Shown here piece after piece: positions 50,221 through 61,100 of a stretch of DNA of 64,000 bases. The DNA comes from a bacterium (GTDB lineage Bacteria > CLD3 > SB21): positions 62,001-126,000 of the forward strand of contig JABWCP010000005.1 in the NCBI GenBank assembly GCA_013360215.1, in the 5' to 3' direction. The first letter of the stretch is position 1. Every line of letters starts with the position of its first letter. A program made the position numbers and the translations under genes. The notes beneath the pieces are model-generated. The model saw nothing but the letters and a program-made list of their open reading frames with translations. It was not told where the DNA came from and did no database searches.

Positions 50221-51777
50221 TTATTTTGCGATAGTAGTGATGGTCAGTTTTTTTTCGGTTTGTTGAGGACTAGTGGAAGATGCCGGATCTTTCTTTTTGA
50301 AGCCGCGTGTACCATATGCCGCTTTTTTGGCATCTTTTTCATCCAGATACGCGATACCATCCACACTGTACGTCTTCACTTCCGGTAGTTTTCCTACGCT
50401 GGCAACGACGACCATCATTTCAGCACCAAAAGGTCCCGTACATTCAAATTCACCGGGTATTTCAACGACCTGATTGGCCTTAGCTTCATCTATATAATGA
50501 TCATCATATAAAAGTGTTCGTGAACCGTCAGCAAAATTATACAAAATGCGTATGTGCGCAGCGCGATTGGTTCGCACGTAGATCTTCATGATTTCACCTT
50601 CAGCAAAAAGAAGGTTTTCCGTGCCTTTGTTGGTCCACACATCCAACTGGATATCCGAACTGATCACTTCTTCTTCAGCAAAAGCCTTTTGGTCAGCTAA
50701 GGCCTTAAGCATATTTTCCGGTTTGATCGAAAGACCGGTTTTCTGAATATGCGCAATATCCAGCGTTACTTCTACGGCGGCCATGATGCGCCCGTTTTGA
50801 ACATCGCGCAAACGACCAATTAGTTTGATGCGATCGCCTTGCTCCCAATAATTGCCCTCAAAAATACATCCCGCGCCGGATGCAATGACAAGATCACGGG
50901 TAATCTGAGATGATTTGGGTTGAAATCCGCGTGCCTGCCGTGCAACTTCCCATACCGCATATTTTTGAAATTGCGTCTCCAGTGCTTGTTGAAAATAACG
51001 TGCGAAGGGACTACTCATTTTCGAATCTTGATACGTCATCGGTGACACCAAAAACGATCCGGTCGTGCCGGATATTTGTTTGGATACCTGATAAGCAACG
51101 GCTCGTGCCGCATCTTCGACGGATGTAATGCTTTGCGCTAGAAGGCGATCTATGGTTTGGGCTATCTCTGTACGGGACGGGATTGCTTTATCCGGTTGAA
51201 AAACTTGGCTTTCGCGATGCACCACTGTCAATACGATCTCCGTTTCACGCAATGCTTCATACATCGGGAATAAACTCAAATAAAGTGCGGCAGCATCTTC
51301 TATTTTTTTTGATTCTTCTGCGGCCTTGGCTTGTGTAATGATCGCAGCGATATTCGAAATTAACGCCTCACGTTTTTTGTTGTACGTGGCGCTAAGTTCG
51401 GTTCGTTTGGCATACGCCAACACATGAACCAGTTTTTTATCTTTATATGTTTCTATCGAAATGCCCAACAATTGTAATCCGGTAGAAGACTGGGTAACCG
51501 AACTGAAATATTCCGCCGAATTTTTCCCTTGCTCTTCAAGCCTCGAAATTACCGTACTGCGCAGATCGGTTACGATCGAACCGGATAAGGCCGCTCGTGC
51601 ATTATCTTCCGCAATTTTTTGTGCGTCCGGGTTTTGGGCAGAAGCGGAGCCGTATCCTACTATATAAGCAGATGCAGGAAATGCGGCTGATTTTCCGGGT
51701 TGAATAACCCAATCCGGCGCATCCCCGGCCAAAACAGCTTTTGTTAACAAAACCAGTGCGATCAACAAATAATACAT
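50221..51777 (-). CDS. Exported LPP20-like / FlgO-like / DUF4384-like multidomain protein
   Basis: Signal peptide; APDWV...YIVGYGSA...AEDNARAAL (LPP20-like); RLRDVQNGRIMAA; VWTNKG...FAEGE...GPFGAE (DUF4384-like). Confidence 0.65.
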   Translation of the reverse strand: MYYLLIALVLLTKAVLAGDAPDWVIQPGKSAAFPASAYIVGYGSASAQNPDAQKIAEDNARAALSGSIVTDLRSTVISRLEEQGKNSAEYFSSVTQSSTGLQLLGISIETYKDKKLVHVLAYAKRTELSATYNKKREALISNIAAIITQAKAAEESKKIEDAAALYLSLFPMYEALRETEIVLTVVHRESQVFQPDKAIPSRTEIAQTIDRLLAQSITSVEDAARAVAYQVSKQISGTTGSFLVSPMTYQDSKMSSPFARYFQQALETQFQKYAVWEVARQARGFQPKSSQITRDLVIASGAGCIFEGNYWEQGDRIKLIGRLRDVQNGRIMAAVEVTLDIAHIQKTGLSIKPENMLKALADQKAFAEEEVISSDIQLDVWTNKGTENLLFAEGEIMKIYVRTNRAAHIRILYNFADGSRTLLYDDHYIDEAKANQVVEIPGEFECTGPFGAEMMVVVASVGKLPEVKTYSVDGIAYLDEKDAKKAAYGTRGFKKKDPASSTSPQQTEKKLTITTIAK

Positions 51778-51871
51778 GAGCGTACCTTTAAGGATGTTTT
51801 ATAAATGTATTTCTGTAATCGGCTAATGTAAATAGTGAATTAACGATCTAAAAAACGGCGGAATAAAATAC

Positions 51872-51918
51872 TTGACTTGGAGTTAAAAGTTTATTATATT
51901 ACTATATGGTTATATAGT
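51872..51918 (+). promoter_or_regulatory. Sigma70 promoter with adjacent palindromic operator
   Basis: TTGACT-N17-TATATT (51872-51900) followed directly by ACTATAT-GGTT-ATATAGT (51901-51918); AAGGAG SD before ATG 51936. Confidence 0.75.
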
Positions 51919-51935
51919 TAAGTTTAAGGAGTAGT

Positions 51936-53261
51936 ATGAAAAGTTTATGTTTTGGAGTTTTTCTTTTGTTTGTGCTGGTCGGACAAGTCAAGGCCGGGCA
52001 GGACGGCACCCGATACACTCTCGACTCCGTATTACAAACCGCTTCGCGCCAAAATTATGATTTAGCTTCTGTACAAGCGGAAATGGATGCGATGAGAGCC
52101 GATTACCGAAAATCGTTGTCTCTTTTTCTTCCTCAATTATCGGTTTCGGAAATTTATACCCGCACCAATGATCCGTTAAATGTTTTCGGTTTAAAACTTA
52201 AACAAGAAATTGTAACTCAGGCGGATTTCAATCCGGTCACACTCAATCAACCTAAAGCTGTAGATAATTATACCACCAAACTGGAATGGCGGCAACCACT
52301 GCTGAATATGGACGGTTTTTTCGGTTTTCGTGCGGCATCCTCCGGCGTCAAAGCGATGGAAGAAAAAAGCAAACGCACATCTTACTATATCACCTATCAA
52401 GCCAAAATAGCTTATTACCAACTTTTAGTCGCTTTGCAAAGCCGTGAAGTTATTCGCAAAGCGCTTACTGCCGCCCAGACCGGTAGCGAGCAGGCGCGCA
52501 ATTTTTATGATCAAGGACTGATCCGTCGCTCCGATGTACTTTTTGCCGAGCTCCGTTTAAAAGAACTGGAAGCTAAACAACTTGAAACAGAAAACATGAT
52601 AGATAATGCGAATAATCAGCTCAAACTTCTGATGGGTTTGTCAGGCGATGAAGTGATTATTCCTACCGACACACTGGGCGGGCCATTAGCCTTAGAAATG
52701 ACAACGCCACACGATATGACAAACCGTAGCGATATACGAGCCATGCGTTATCAGATGAGCGCACAGCGTGCCATGCAAAGTATGGCCTGGAGTAAATTTC
52801 TTCCCAGTATCAATGGATTTGCCACTTACGAATACAATGACGCATCCCTGTTCGGCCGGCAAGCTAAAAACTGGATGGTCGGCGCAATGCTGCGCTGGGA
52901 TATTTTCTCCGGTTTCGACCAAATTTCCGCTATTCAGAAATCAAACGCGCAATACCGTCAAACCGAAACCGGTTATAAAAAAGCGCTGACGCAAAGTCAA
53001 TATGACCTTAACGCGGCACTTCGTCAGTGGAAAGTTTCAACCCGCCAAGTCGTTATCGCTGAACAGGCCGTGCAGCAATCCGAAGAAAATTATCGTGTTC
53101 TTTCCGACCGCTATCATCAGGGTTTAGATCGTACAACGGATTTGCTGATGGCCGAAGCGGCTTTATCGCAAGCACGCCTCCAATTGATACATGCCCGGTT
53201 TGCCTGGCATGCTGCGATGTTTACGGTCGAATTACTCACCGAACAATCCATAAAAAATTAA
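51936..53261 (+). CDS. TolC family outer membrane efflux protein
   Basis: Signal peptide; two OEP repeats (FLPQLSV / FLPSING; AYYQL; RYHQGL...DLL). Confidence 0.9.
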   Translation: MKSLCFGVFLLFVLVGQVKAGQDGTRYTLDSVLQTASRQNYDLASVQAEMDAMRADYRKSLSLFLPQLSVSEIYTRTNDPLNVFGLKLKQEIVTQADFNPVTLNQPKAVDNYTTKLEWRQPLLNMDGFFGFRAASSGVKAMEEKSKRTSYYITYQAKIAYYQLLVALQSREVIRKALTAAQTGSEQARNFYDQGLIRRSDVLFAELRLKELEAKQLETENMIDNANNQLKLLMGLSGDEVIIPTDTLGGPLALEMTTPHDMTNRSDIRAMRYQMSAQRAMQSMAWSKFLPSINGFATYEYNDASLFGRQAKNWMVGAMLRWDIFSGFDQISAIQKSNAQYRQTETGYKKALTQSQYDLNAALRQWKVSTRQVVIAEQAVQQSEENYRVLSDRYHQGLDRTTDLLMAEAALSQARLQLIHARFAWHAAMFTVELLTEQSIKN

Positions 53262-53278
53262 TATACACGAGGAAAAAA

Positions 53279-54361
53279 ATGCAGAAATGTTTTATCGGGT
53301 TAAGTTTGTCCGTCATGATGATCGTTATGGTCGCATGCGGTTCTCCGGAGAAAAGTCAACCCAATCAGACCGCAACACCGGTGCGTACAATCACGATCCG
53401 CCAAAAACCGGTTAACGAAAAAACCACCTTGGCCGGTACATTGCAAGGCGATAAACGCATTACGCTTAGCACCAAAATCATGGGACAAGTCCTGGCAATA
53501 CATGCCCACATCGGAGATCGCGTCGCTAAAGGCCAACTGCTGATCAAAATCAAAAGCGATGACTTAAGCGCCAAACGCGCGCAAATCGCCGCCAATAAAA
53601 TCGAAGCGGAAGCCGCTTTAAAAAATATGGAATCCAATTACCACCGCATTAAAGAATTATACGCCCGCAAAAGCGCTACACAAAAGGAAATGGACGACAC
53701 GGAAATGGCGTACGCGATGACACAGGCCAAACTTAAAGCCGTCGAAGAAATGGAAAAAGAAATCAACGACGTGTTTGGGTATTCGGATATTACAGCGCCC
53801 ATTGACGGTTACGTCGTCCAAAAACTCACTGAAGTGGGCAATACCGCTGCACCGGGTATGCCTCTGATGGTTATTGAGGATCTTTCATCCTTCAAAGTCA
53901 TTATCCCGATCCCGGAAAGCGACGCCGCTTCGATTCGTATCCAGGATGCCGTCGAAGCCGAGTTTTCTTCAGATCCGAAGCATCGGTTAAATGGCTATGT
54001 CAGCGCCCTCAGTCCTTCTGCAGTTCCCGGCTCACGCCAATATGACGCGGAAGTGCGGCTTCATGGAATAACGGAAAACCTGAAGAAAACATTGCGCTCC
54101 GGCATGTTCGTGCGCATCTATGCGGGCACCGGTCAAAAAAATATGATCACTGTTCCGGATTCAGTGATACATCGGCGCGGCCAATTGGAAGGTGTTTTCG
54201 TAGTCAGCGCAGCCAACCAGGCTTTGTTACGATGGATTCGTCCGGGTAAAAGCTATGGCAATGAAGTTGAAGTATTGAGCGGACTTGATTTCGGTGATCG
54301 TGTTATATACGAATCAACGGAACGTCTGAGCGACGGTGATCGTGTGGAGGTTCGCCCATGA
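53279..54361 (+). CDS. RND efflux periplasmic adaptor (lipoprotein)
   Basis: Lipobox VAC; GDRVAKGQLL; ITAPIDG; LRSGMF; VLSGL. Confidence 0.92.
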   Translation: MQKCFIGLSLSVMMIVMVACGSPEKSQPNQTATPVRTITIRQKPVNEKTTLAGTLQGDKRITLSTKIMGQVLAIHAHIGDRVAKGQLLIKIKSDDLSAKRAQIAANKIEAEAALKNMESNYHRIKELYARKSATQKEMDDTEMAYAMTQAKLKAVEEMEKEINDVFGYSDITAPIDGYVVQKLTEVGNTAAPGMPLMVIEDLSSFKVIIPIPESDAASIRIQDAVEAEFSSDPKHRLNGYVSALSPSAVPGSRQYDAEVRLHGITENLKKTLRSGMFVRIYAGTGQKNMITVPDSVIHRRGQLEGVFVVSAANQALLRWIRPGKSYGNEVEVLSGLDFGDRVIYESTERLSDGDRVEVRP

Positions 54362-57300
54362 AAACCGGATTTTCTGGACGCATCGCACAAGCGTTTATCA
54401 ATTCTAAACTGACGCCGTTGCTCATCGCAGGGTTTTTAGCAATCGGTCTTTTTGCCACCTATCTCACACCGAGCGAAGAAGAACCGCAAATCGTCGTGCC
54501 GATGGCGGATGTTTTTGTGCAGTATCCGGGCGCTGAACCTAAGGAGATAGAAACCAAAGTCATCCAGCCGCTGGAAAAAATAATTTCCAATATCCGCGGC
54601 GTCGAATACGTGTACTCGACGTCCATGCAGGACCAAGGCATGCTCATCGTACGTTTTGTCGTCGGTGAGGATGCCGAGCGCGCAATCATTCGGCTCTACG
54701 ACGAAGTTTTCAAAAACATGGATAAGATGCCGGTCGGTGTCAGGCCTCCGTTCATCAAATCCAAATCGGTTGACGACGTACCGATTTTTGCAATGACTCT
54801 ATGGAGCGCCCGGTACGATGCGCTTGATTTACGACGTTTTGCTGCAGAACTCAGTTCTGAATACAAAAAAATCAACGACGTGTCCGAAGTGAAAATTATC
54901 GGCGGACGCTCACGGCAAGTGCGGGTCATATTGGACAAAGAAAAAATGGCGGCGTATCGCCTTGATCCACTCACGATTATCCCTTTTTTCCAATCCGCCC
55001 ACCAACAAGGCCCGGCAGGAAAATTTAATCAAGGCAACACGGAATATTTAGTACAAACGGGAAAATTTCTAGAAACCGCAGATGACGTACGCCAATTGGT
55101 CGTCGGCATGCACCTGGGCAAACCTGTCTATCTCAAAAATATCGCTCAGATCGAAGACGGCCCTGATGAAATCAAAGATTATGTGACGTTCGGTTACGGG
55201 GCCGCTCACGCCGGTGAACATAAAGCGTTGGAATATCCGGCGGTCACGTTGTCGGTATCCAAACGTAAAGGCTCCGATGCGATGGGCCTCGGCGAACGCC
55301 TGATGGAAAAATCGGAAGCGTTGAAGGGTAAACTAATTCCCTCCGACGTAACCATGACCGTCACGCGCAATTACGGCGAAACGGCGTCAGAAAAAGTACA
55401 CGAACTGCTCAAACATCTTTCTGCGGCTATTTTGGCCGTGACGGTACTTGTTGCGTTGACCATGGGGTGGCGCAGCGGATTGGTCATTTTTATGACCGTA
55501 CCGGTGACCTTTGCTATGACACTTTTTGTGTACTACATGTTTGGCTATACGCTCAATCGTATTACACTTTTTGCGTTGGTGTTCGTGACAGGATTGGTTG
55601 TGGACGACGCCATCATCGTAGTTGAAAACATGCATCGCCACTTCAAAATGCGGAAATTGCCGTTTTTACAGGCGGCTATTGCGTCGATAGACGAGGTCGG
55701 CAATCCCACCATTTTAGCAACGTTTACGGTGATCGCTTCCGTACTGCCGATGGCTTTTGTGTCGGGATTGATGGGCCCGTATATGAGCCCTATGCCGATC
55801 GGCGCCTCGCTGGCGATGCTGTTTTCACTGTTCGTCGCGCTGATCATCACGCCGTACCTCGCCTACCGTCTTTTGCGCGGCGATACGCACGGGCATTCGG
55901 AAAAAGAATATCGCCTTGAAGCGACGGGAATTTATAAACTATACACCCGCATTTTTGTTCCGTTACTCGAAAACGCAAAAAAACGTTGGTGGTTCATCGG
56001 AAGTGTCGTCGTGCTATTGCTGGCTTCCATGTCTCTGATGTACTTCAAATTGGTAACCGTAAAAATGTTACCCTTTGATAATAAAAATGAATTACAAGTT
56101 GTAATTGACATGCCGGAAGGCGCCACGCTAGAAAAAACGGCTGCGTTGAGCAAAGAGATTGCCGCCTATCTGCGTAACGTGCCGGAAGTAACCCATTATC
56201 AGATGTACACCGGTACTTCCGCGCCGATCAATTTCAACGGGCTTGTACGCCATTATGATCTGAGACAAGGCTCCAATGTCGCCGATATTCAAGTCAACTT
56301 TCTTCCCAAAGGCAAACGGAGCGAACAAAGCCATGACATTGCCAAACGTATTCGACCGGCTATCGTAAAGATCGGCGCTTCCTATGGCGCACGCATCAAA
56401 ATTGCAGAGGTTCCGCCCGGCCCGCCGGTATTGTCCACGCTGGTCGCTGAAGTATATGGGCCGGATTATACTAAACAAATTGAGGTGGCCCATCAGGTGC
56501 GTACGGCGTTTGAAACGTCGCCCGGCGTAGTGGATGTGGATTGGCTTGTCGAAGACGATCAAACCGAATACCGATTTGAAATTGACAAAGAAAAAGCAGC
56601 ACAAAGCGGTGTCAGCCCGCAGCAGATTTATCACGTTTTAGGAATTGCATTAAACGGCAAACAAATTGGCGCACTGTATCAGGCCAAAGAACTGGAAACC
56701 GTAGGCATTCAACTCCAACTCGCCGAATCTCAGCGTTCGTCCGTAGATGACCTCAAAAACATCCATGTCATCGCGATGACAGGCACTCCTGTAGCGGTAT
56801 CGGACTTGGTCAGAATCTATCCTCAAACGCGTGAAAAAAGTATCTACCGTAAAAATCAGCAACGCGTGGTTTATGTAACGGGCGATGTAGCGGGTGAAGT
56901 GGAAAGCCCTGTATATGCGATTTTAAACATCGACGAAGCGATGAAAAAAATCCGGTTACCTGAAGGGTACACTCTGCAAACGCTATACGCCAAACAACCT
57001 TTCCTTGAAGAAAATTTTTCGATGAAGTGGGACGGCGAATGGCAGATCACTTACGAAGTGTTCCGTGATCTGGGTGCCGCCTTCGCCGCCGTGATCGTGA
57101 TTATCTACTTTTTGATCATCGGTTGGTTTCAGTCCTTCAAAGTACCTTTTGTAATGATGGTTGCGATTCCGTTGTCATTGGTAGGTATTCTGGTCGGCCA
57201 CTGGATGATGGGTGCCTTTTTTACAGCCACTTCGATGATCGGTATGATCGCATTGGCCGGCGTGATGGTTCGCAATTCCGTATTACTGATTGATTTCATC

Positions 57301-57606
57301 GAATTGCGCTTGCAGGACGGTGTGCCGCTGAAAACAGCCATTATCGAATCCGGCGCCGTCCGTACTACGCCGATTCTTCTGACCTCAGGCGCGGTTGTCA
57401 TCGGCGCATTTGTGATTTTATTTGATCCGATTTTCCAAGGGTTAGCTATTTCGCTTATCGGTGGTGCGATCGCTTCGACAGCCCTCACGCTGATCATGGT
57501 GCCGCTTTTTTATTATATGACCGAAAAAGCGCAGTACGAATCCGAGACTGTGCCGCAAGCGAGTGTGCCTCTTGAAACAACGGAAAACAAATCGAAGGAG
57601 AATTGA
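54358..57606 (+). CDS. RND efflux permease
   Basis: EEEPQIVVP; GLVVDDAIIVVEN; GVMVRNSVLLIDF; RTTPILLT. Confidence 0.95.
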   Translation: MKTGFSGRIAQAFINSKLTPLLIAGFLAIGLFATYLTPSEEEPQIVVPMADVFVQYPGAEPKEIETKVIQPLEKIISNIRGVEYVYSTSMQDQGMLIVRFVVGEDAERAIIRLYDEVFKNMDKMPVGVRPPFIKSKSVDDVPIFAMTLWSARYDALDLRRFAAELSSEYKKINDVSEVKIIGGRSRQVRVILDKEKMAAYRLDPLTIIPFFQSAHQQGPAGKFNQGNTEYLVQTGKFLETADDVRQLVVGMHLGKPVYLKNIAQIEDGPDEIKDYVTFGYGAAHAGEHKALEYPAVTLSVSKRKGSDAMGLGERLMEKSEALKGKLIPSDVTMTVTRNYGETASEKVHELLKHLSAAILAVTVLVALTMGWRSGLVIFMTVPVTFAMTLFVYYMFGYTLNRITLFALVFVTGLVVDDAIIVVENMHRHFKMRKLPFLQAAIASIDEVGNPTILATFTVIASVLPMAFVSGLMGPYMSPMPIGASLAMLFSLFVALIITPYLAYRLLRGDTHGHSEKEYRLEATGIYKLYTRIFVPLLENAKKRWWFIGSVVVLLLASMSLMYFKLVTVKMLPFDNKNELQVVIDMPEGATLEKTAALSKEIAAYLRNVPEVTHYQMYTGTSAPINFNGLVRHYDLRQGSNVADIQVNFLPKGKRSEQSHDIAKRIRPAIVKIGASYGARIKIAEVPPGPPVLSTLVAEVYGPDYTKQIEVAHQVRTAFETSPGVVDVDWLVEDDQTEYRFEIDKEKAAQSGVSPQQIYHVLGIALNGKQIGALYQAKELETVGIQLQLAESQRSSVDDLKNIHVIAMTGTPVAVSDLVRIYPQTREKSIYRKNQQRVVYVTGDVAGEVESPVYAILNIDEAMKKIRLPEGYTLQTLYAKQPFLEENFSMKWDGEWQITYEVFRDLGAAFAAVIVIIYFLIIGWFQSFKVPFVMMVAIPLSLVGILVGHWMMGAFFTATSMIGMIALAGVMVRNSVLLIDFIELRLQDGVPLKTAIIESGAVRTTPILLTSGAVVIGAFVILFDPIFQGLAISLIGGAIASTALTLIMVPLFYYMTEKAQYESETVPQASVPLETTENKSKEN

Positions 57607-57607
57607 T

Positions 57608-57913
57608 ATGAAACTGATCGCAGTCATGACGATCGAGCAGTACGCGCAGGATCTGCGTAAACTTTTTCGCGAACATCACGTCACCATTTTTTCAGAGTCG
57701 GAAATTCGCGGCTACCGGAGTGATGCTACCGAGCGCGATCCTTCCAATTGGTTTGCACACACAGCTTCGCCGATTTATTCGCATCTGGTTTTTGCTTTTG
57801 TCGACGAATCAAAGGCTGCTGAACTGATGCAAGCCATCCGCAATCATGGACAAACGATGGATCACGATCATCCGATGCGCGCCTTTCAAATGCATGTCGA
57901 ACAATTTGCATAA
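57608..57913 (+). CDS. Small hypothetical protein, possible PII/GlnB-like fold
   Basis: ATG 57608 with AAGGAG SD; beta-alpha-beta pattern MKLIAV...IFSESEIRGY...LVFAFVDESKA. Confidence 0.6.
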   Translation: MKLIAVMTIEQYAQDLRKLFREHHVTIFSESEIRGYRSDATERDPSNWFAHTASPIYSHLVFAFVDESKAAELMQAIRNHGQTMDHDHPMRAFQMHVEQFA

Positions 57914-57922
57914 GGAGATACT

Positions 57923-58105
57923 ATGTTAGAAAAAACCATTCGTGTTATCGCCGGTACTTTCGTACTGATCAGTCTGGCCTTAGGTTATTGGGTTCATCCC
58001 AACTGGCTGTTCTTTACGGCGTTCGTAGGTATCAATCTCATCCAATCATCATTTACCGGATGGTGTTTGATGGAAACGATTTTGAAAAAAACGGTATTCC
58101 GTTGA
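57923..58105 (+). CDS. DUF2892 (YgaP-like) small membrane protein
   Basis: IRVIAG; FVGINLIQSSFTGWCLM; AAGGAG SD. Confidence 0.88.
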   Translation: MLEKTIRVIAGTFVLISLALGYWVHPNWLFFTAFVGINLIQSSFTGWCLMETILKKTVFR

Positions 58106-58117
58106 TGATGTAGAAAT

Positions 58118-58157
58118 AAAAAAACCCGGGAGATTTAATGCCCCGGGTTTTGTTTTT
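58118..58157. terminator. Bidirectional rho-independent terminator between convergent RND operons
   Basis: AAAACCCGGG-N11-CCCGGGTTTT with A run before and T run after. Confidence 0.85.
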
Positions 58158-58180
58158 ATCTATTACACCTAAACACTTTT

Positions 58181-61100
58181 CTATACATGCTCCTTTGATA
58201 ACGATTCTGTTTGTTGCAATGGAGCGATATTTGTTTCCTGACCGGGCTTGTGCTCATGCTTCATATAAGAATAAATCGCAGGAATCACATACAGAGTCAG
58301 AATCAGCGAAAAAATCACACCGCCTATAATCACAATACCCATGGCAATTCGGCTAATCGAACCTGCGCCTAGCGCTAAAGCGATCGGAACGGCACCAAGC
58401 ACCGTAGCAAGACTGGTCATCAAAATCGGTCTGAAACGCAGCACGGACGCCTCTAAAATCGAATCCATTTTGTTTTTCCCTTTTTCACGAAGCTGATTGG
58501 CAAATTCGACGATCAGAATTCCGTTTTTTGTCACGAGACCGATCAGCATGATAATGCCGATCTGACTAAATATATTCAGTGTTTGCTGAAACCACCACAG
58601 CGACAAAATCGCGCCGGCAAGCGCCATCGGTACCGTCAGCATGATAATAAAAGGATCCACAAAACTTTCAAATTGTGCGGCCAGCACAAGGTAAATGAGT
58701 ACCAGTGCCAAAATGAATGCAAATAAAATATTGGAAGAGCTTTCTGAAAAATCCCGCGAAGCCCCCGCCAATGCAGTAGAAAACGAATCATCAAGCACCT
58801 TTTTGGCGATGCGATCCATCGCTTCGATGCCGTCACCGATGGTTTTTCCCGGCGCAAGTCCCGCCGATACGGTCGCGGAGGAATAACGATTGTAATGATA
58901 CAATTGCGGCGGACCGCTTTGCTCGCTGACTTTGACCAGATTGTCCATCTGTATCAGTTCGCCCGTACGGTTGCGTACGTACAATGATTTCAAATCCAGC
59001 GGTTCGTCGCGATCCCGGCGATTAACTTGCCCTATGATCTGATATTGTTTCCCGTTCATTACAAAATAACCAAACCGCTGGCCACTCAGCGCCAGGCGAA
59101 GCGTCTGCCCTACATCTAACACCGAAACACCAAGACTACGGGCACGATCGCGATCAATCGTGATCTGCAATTCAGGGCGATTAAATTTAAGATTGGCATC
59201 AAAACCCTGAAACGTCGGCTCTTTGGCCACTTCTTCCATAAATTTCGGCAATACTTCTTTGAGGCGCTCGAAATTCGGTGCTTGCAGTACATATTGCACC
59301 GGCAGACCGCCGCGCGCACCGCCGCCCGACGCTGAGATCGTTTGTTCCTGCACGATAAACGTACGCGCTTCCGAATACTTGCGTGTATAGTTGGTGAGCT
59401 TAGCCGCAATCTCCTGTTGTGATCGTTTGCGTTCGTCAGGCTCAATCAACACCAATCGCCCGAACGCTGAATTAACGGCACCCGTACCTGCAAACCCCGG
59501 CGCCGTTACGGTCAAAAAGATGCGCTTTTCCGGTACAGAATCATTGACTAACTGCACCATATTGAACATAAAATTATCGGTATAATCAAAGGATGAACCC
59601 TCCGGTGCGGTCACCTGAAAACGTATGAAACTGCGATCTTCGAGCGGCGAAAGTTCGGATTGCAATTGTTTTCCCACGACGAAAATCAAAAGCACCGACA
59701 CGACCAGAACAGCCAACGCTAACCAGCGACGTTTCATAAAAGCATGCAACGAATTACTATACGCCTGTATCATCCCTGCAAAAAAAGGCTCCGTCAACTC
59801 ATAAAAGCGCGTATGCTTTTGCTGGCGACGAAAGAGGCGCGAACTCAACATCGGTGTGAGCGTCAGCGATACAAATGCAGAAATCAATACGGCACCCGCG
59901 ATCACAATGCCAAATTCGCGAAAAAGGCGTCCTACAAAACCTTCTAAAAAAATGATCGGCAAAAAAACCGCGGCGAGCGTGATGGACGTAGAAATAACGG
60001 CGAAGAAAATTTCGGCTGAACCTTTAAACGCCGCTTCCATCGGCGAAAGGCCTTCTTCGATTTTTTTATAAATATTTTCCGTTACGACGATACCGTCATC
60101 CACCACAAGCCCTGTGGCCAATACGACGGCAAGCAGCGTGAGAATATTGATGGAGAAGTCCATCGTATACATAATAAAAAACGCACCGATGAGTGAAACC
60201 GGAATATCAATCAAAGGGCGAACCGCTACGATCCAATCGCGGAAAAACAAAAATACGATGAGTACGACAAGCGCAATCGCGATCAATAACGTTTCTTGTA
60301 CTTCCGCAACGGAACGTTTGACAAAACGCGTATTATCCAGAGCGATATTGAGCGAAAAATCTTTAGGCAGATCTTTTTTGAGTTGCTCAAAACGTTTGTA
60401 AAACTCGTCCGCGATTTCTATGTAATTCGAACCCGGCTGGGGAATAATCGCACATCCGACCATCGGCACACCCGATTGGCGCAAAATCGTTTCTTCATTT
60501 TCAGGTCCAAGCCGCGCGTAACCAAGATCCTTAAGGCGCACGGTGCGTTCACCCGTCGAAGAAATGATGAGATTATTAAAATCATCTTCGGTGATCAATT
60601 TACCGATAGTTCGTACGACGAGTTCGGTAGCATCGCCGGAAATTTTTCCGCTCGGCGCTTCGATGTTTTCCCGATCCAATGCATTGCGTATATCCAAAGG
60701 GGTCAATCCGAAAGCTGAAAGTTTGGCCGGGTCCATCCAGATACGCATCGCATAACGTTTTTGCCCCCAGATCTGTACACTGCTCACACCGGGAATCGTC
60801 TGAAGTCGCTCGGCAATGACGTTTTCCGCAAAATCACTGAGCTGCAATTGATTTTTGGTCGTGCTTTCTACCGTCATCGAAATGATGGCATCCGAATTGG
60901 CGTCGGCTTTGGTTACTACCGGCGGGGCATCAATATCTTGCGGAAGTTGCCGCACGGCTTGCGAAACCTTATCGCGGACATCATTAGCCGCCGTCTCAAG
61001 ATTCACATCCAGTGTAAATTCGACCGTAATATTGCTGGTGCCTTGATTGCTGGAAGATGTGATCGTACGGATACCCGCTATACCATTGATGGCTTTTTCC

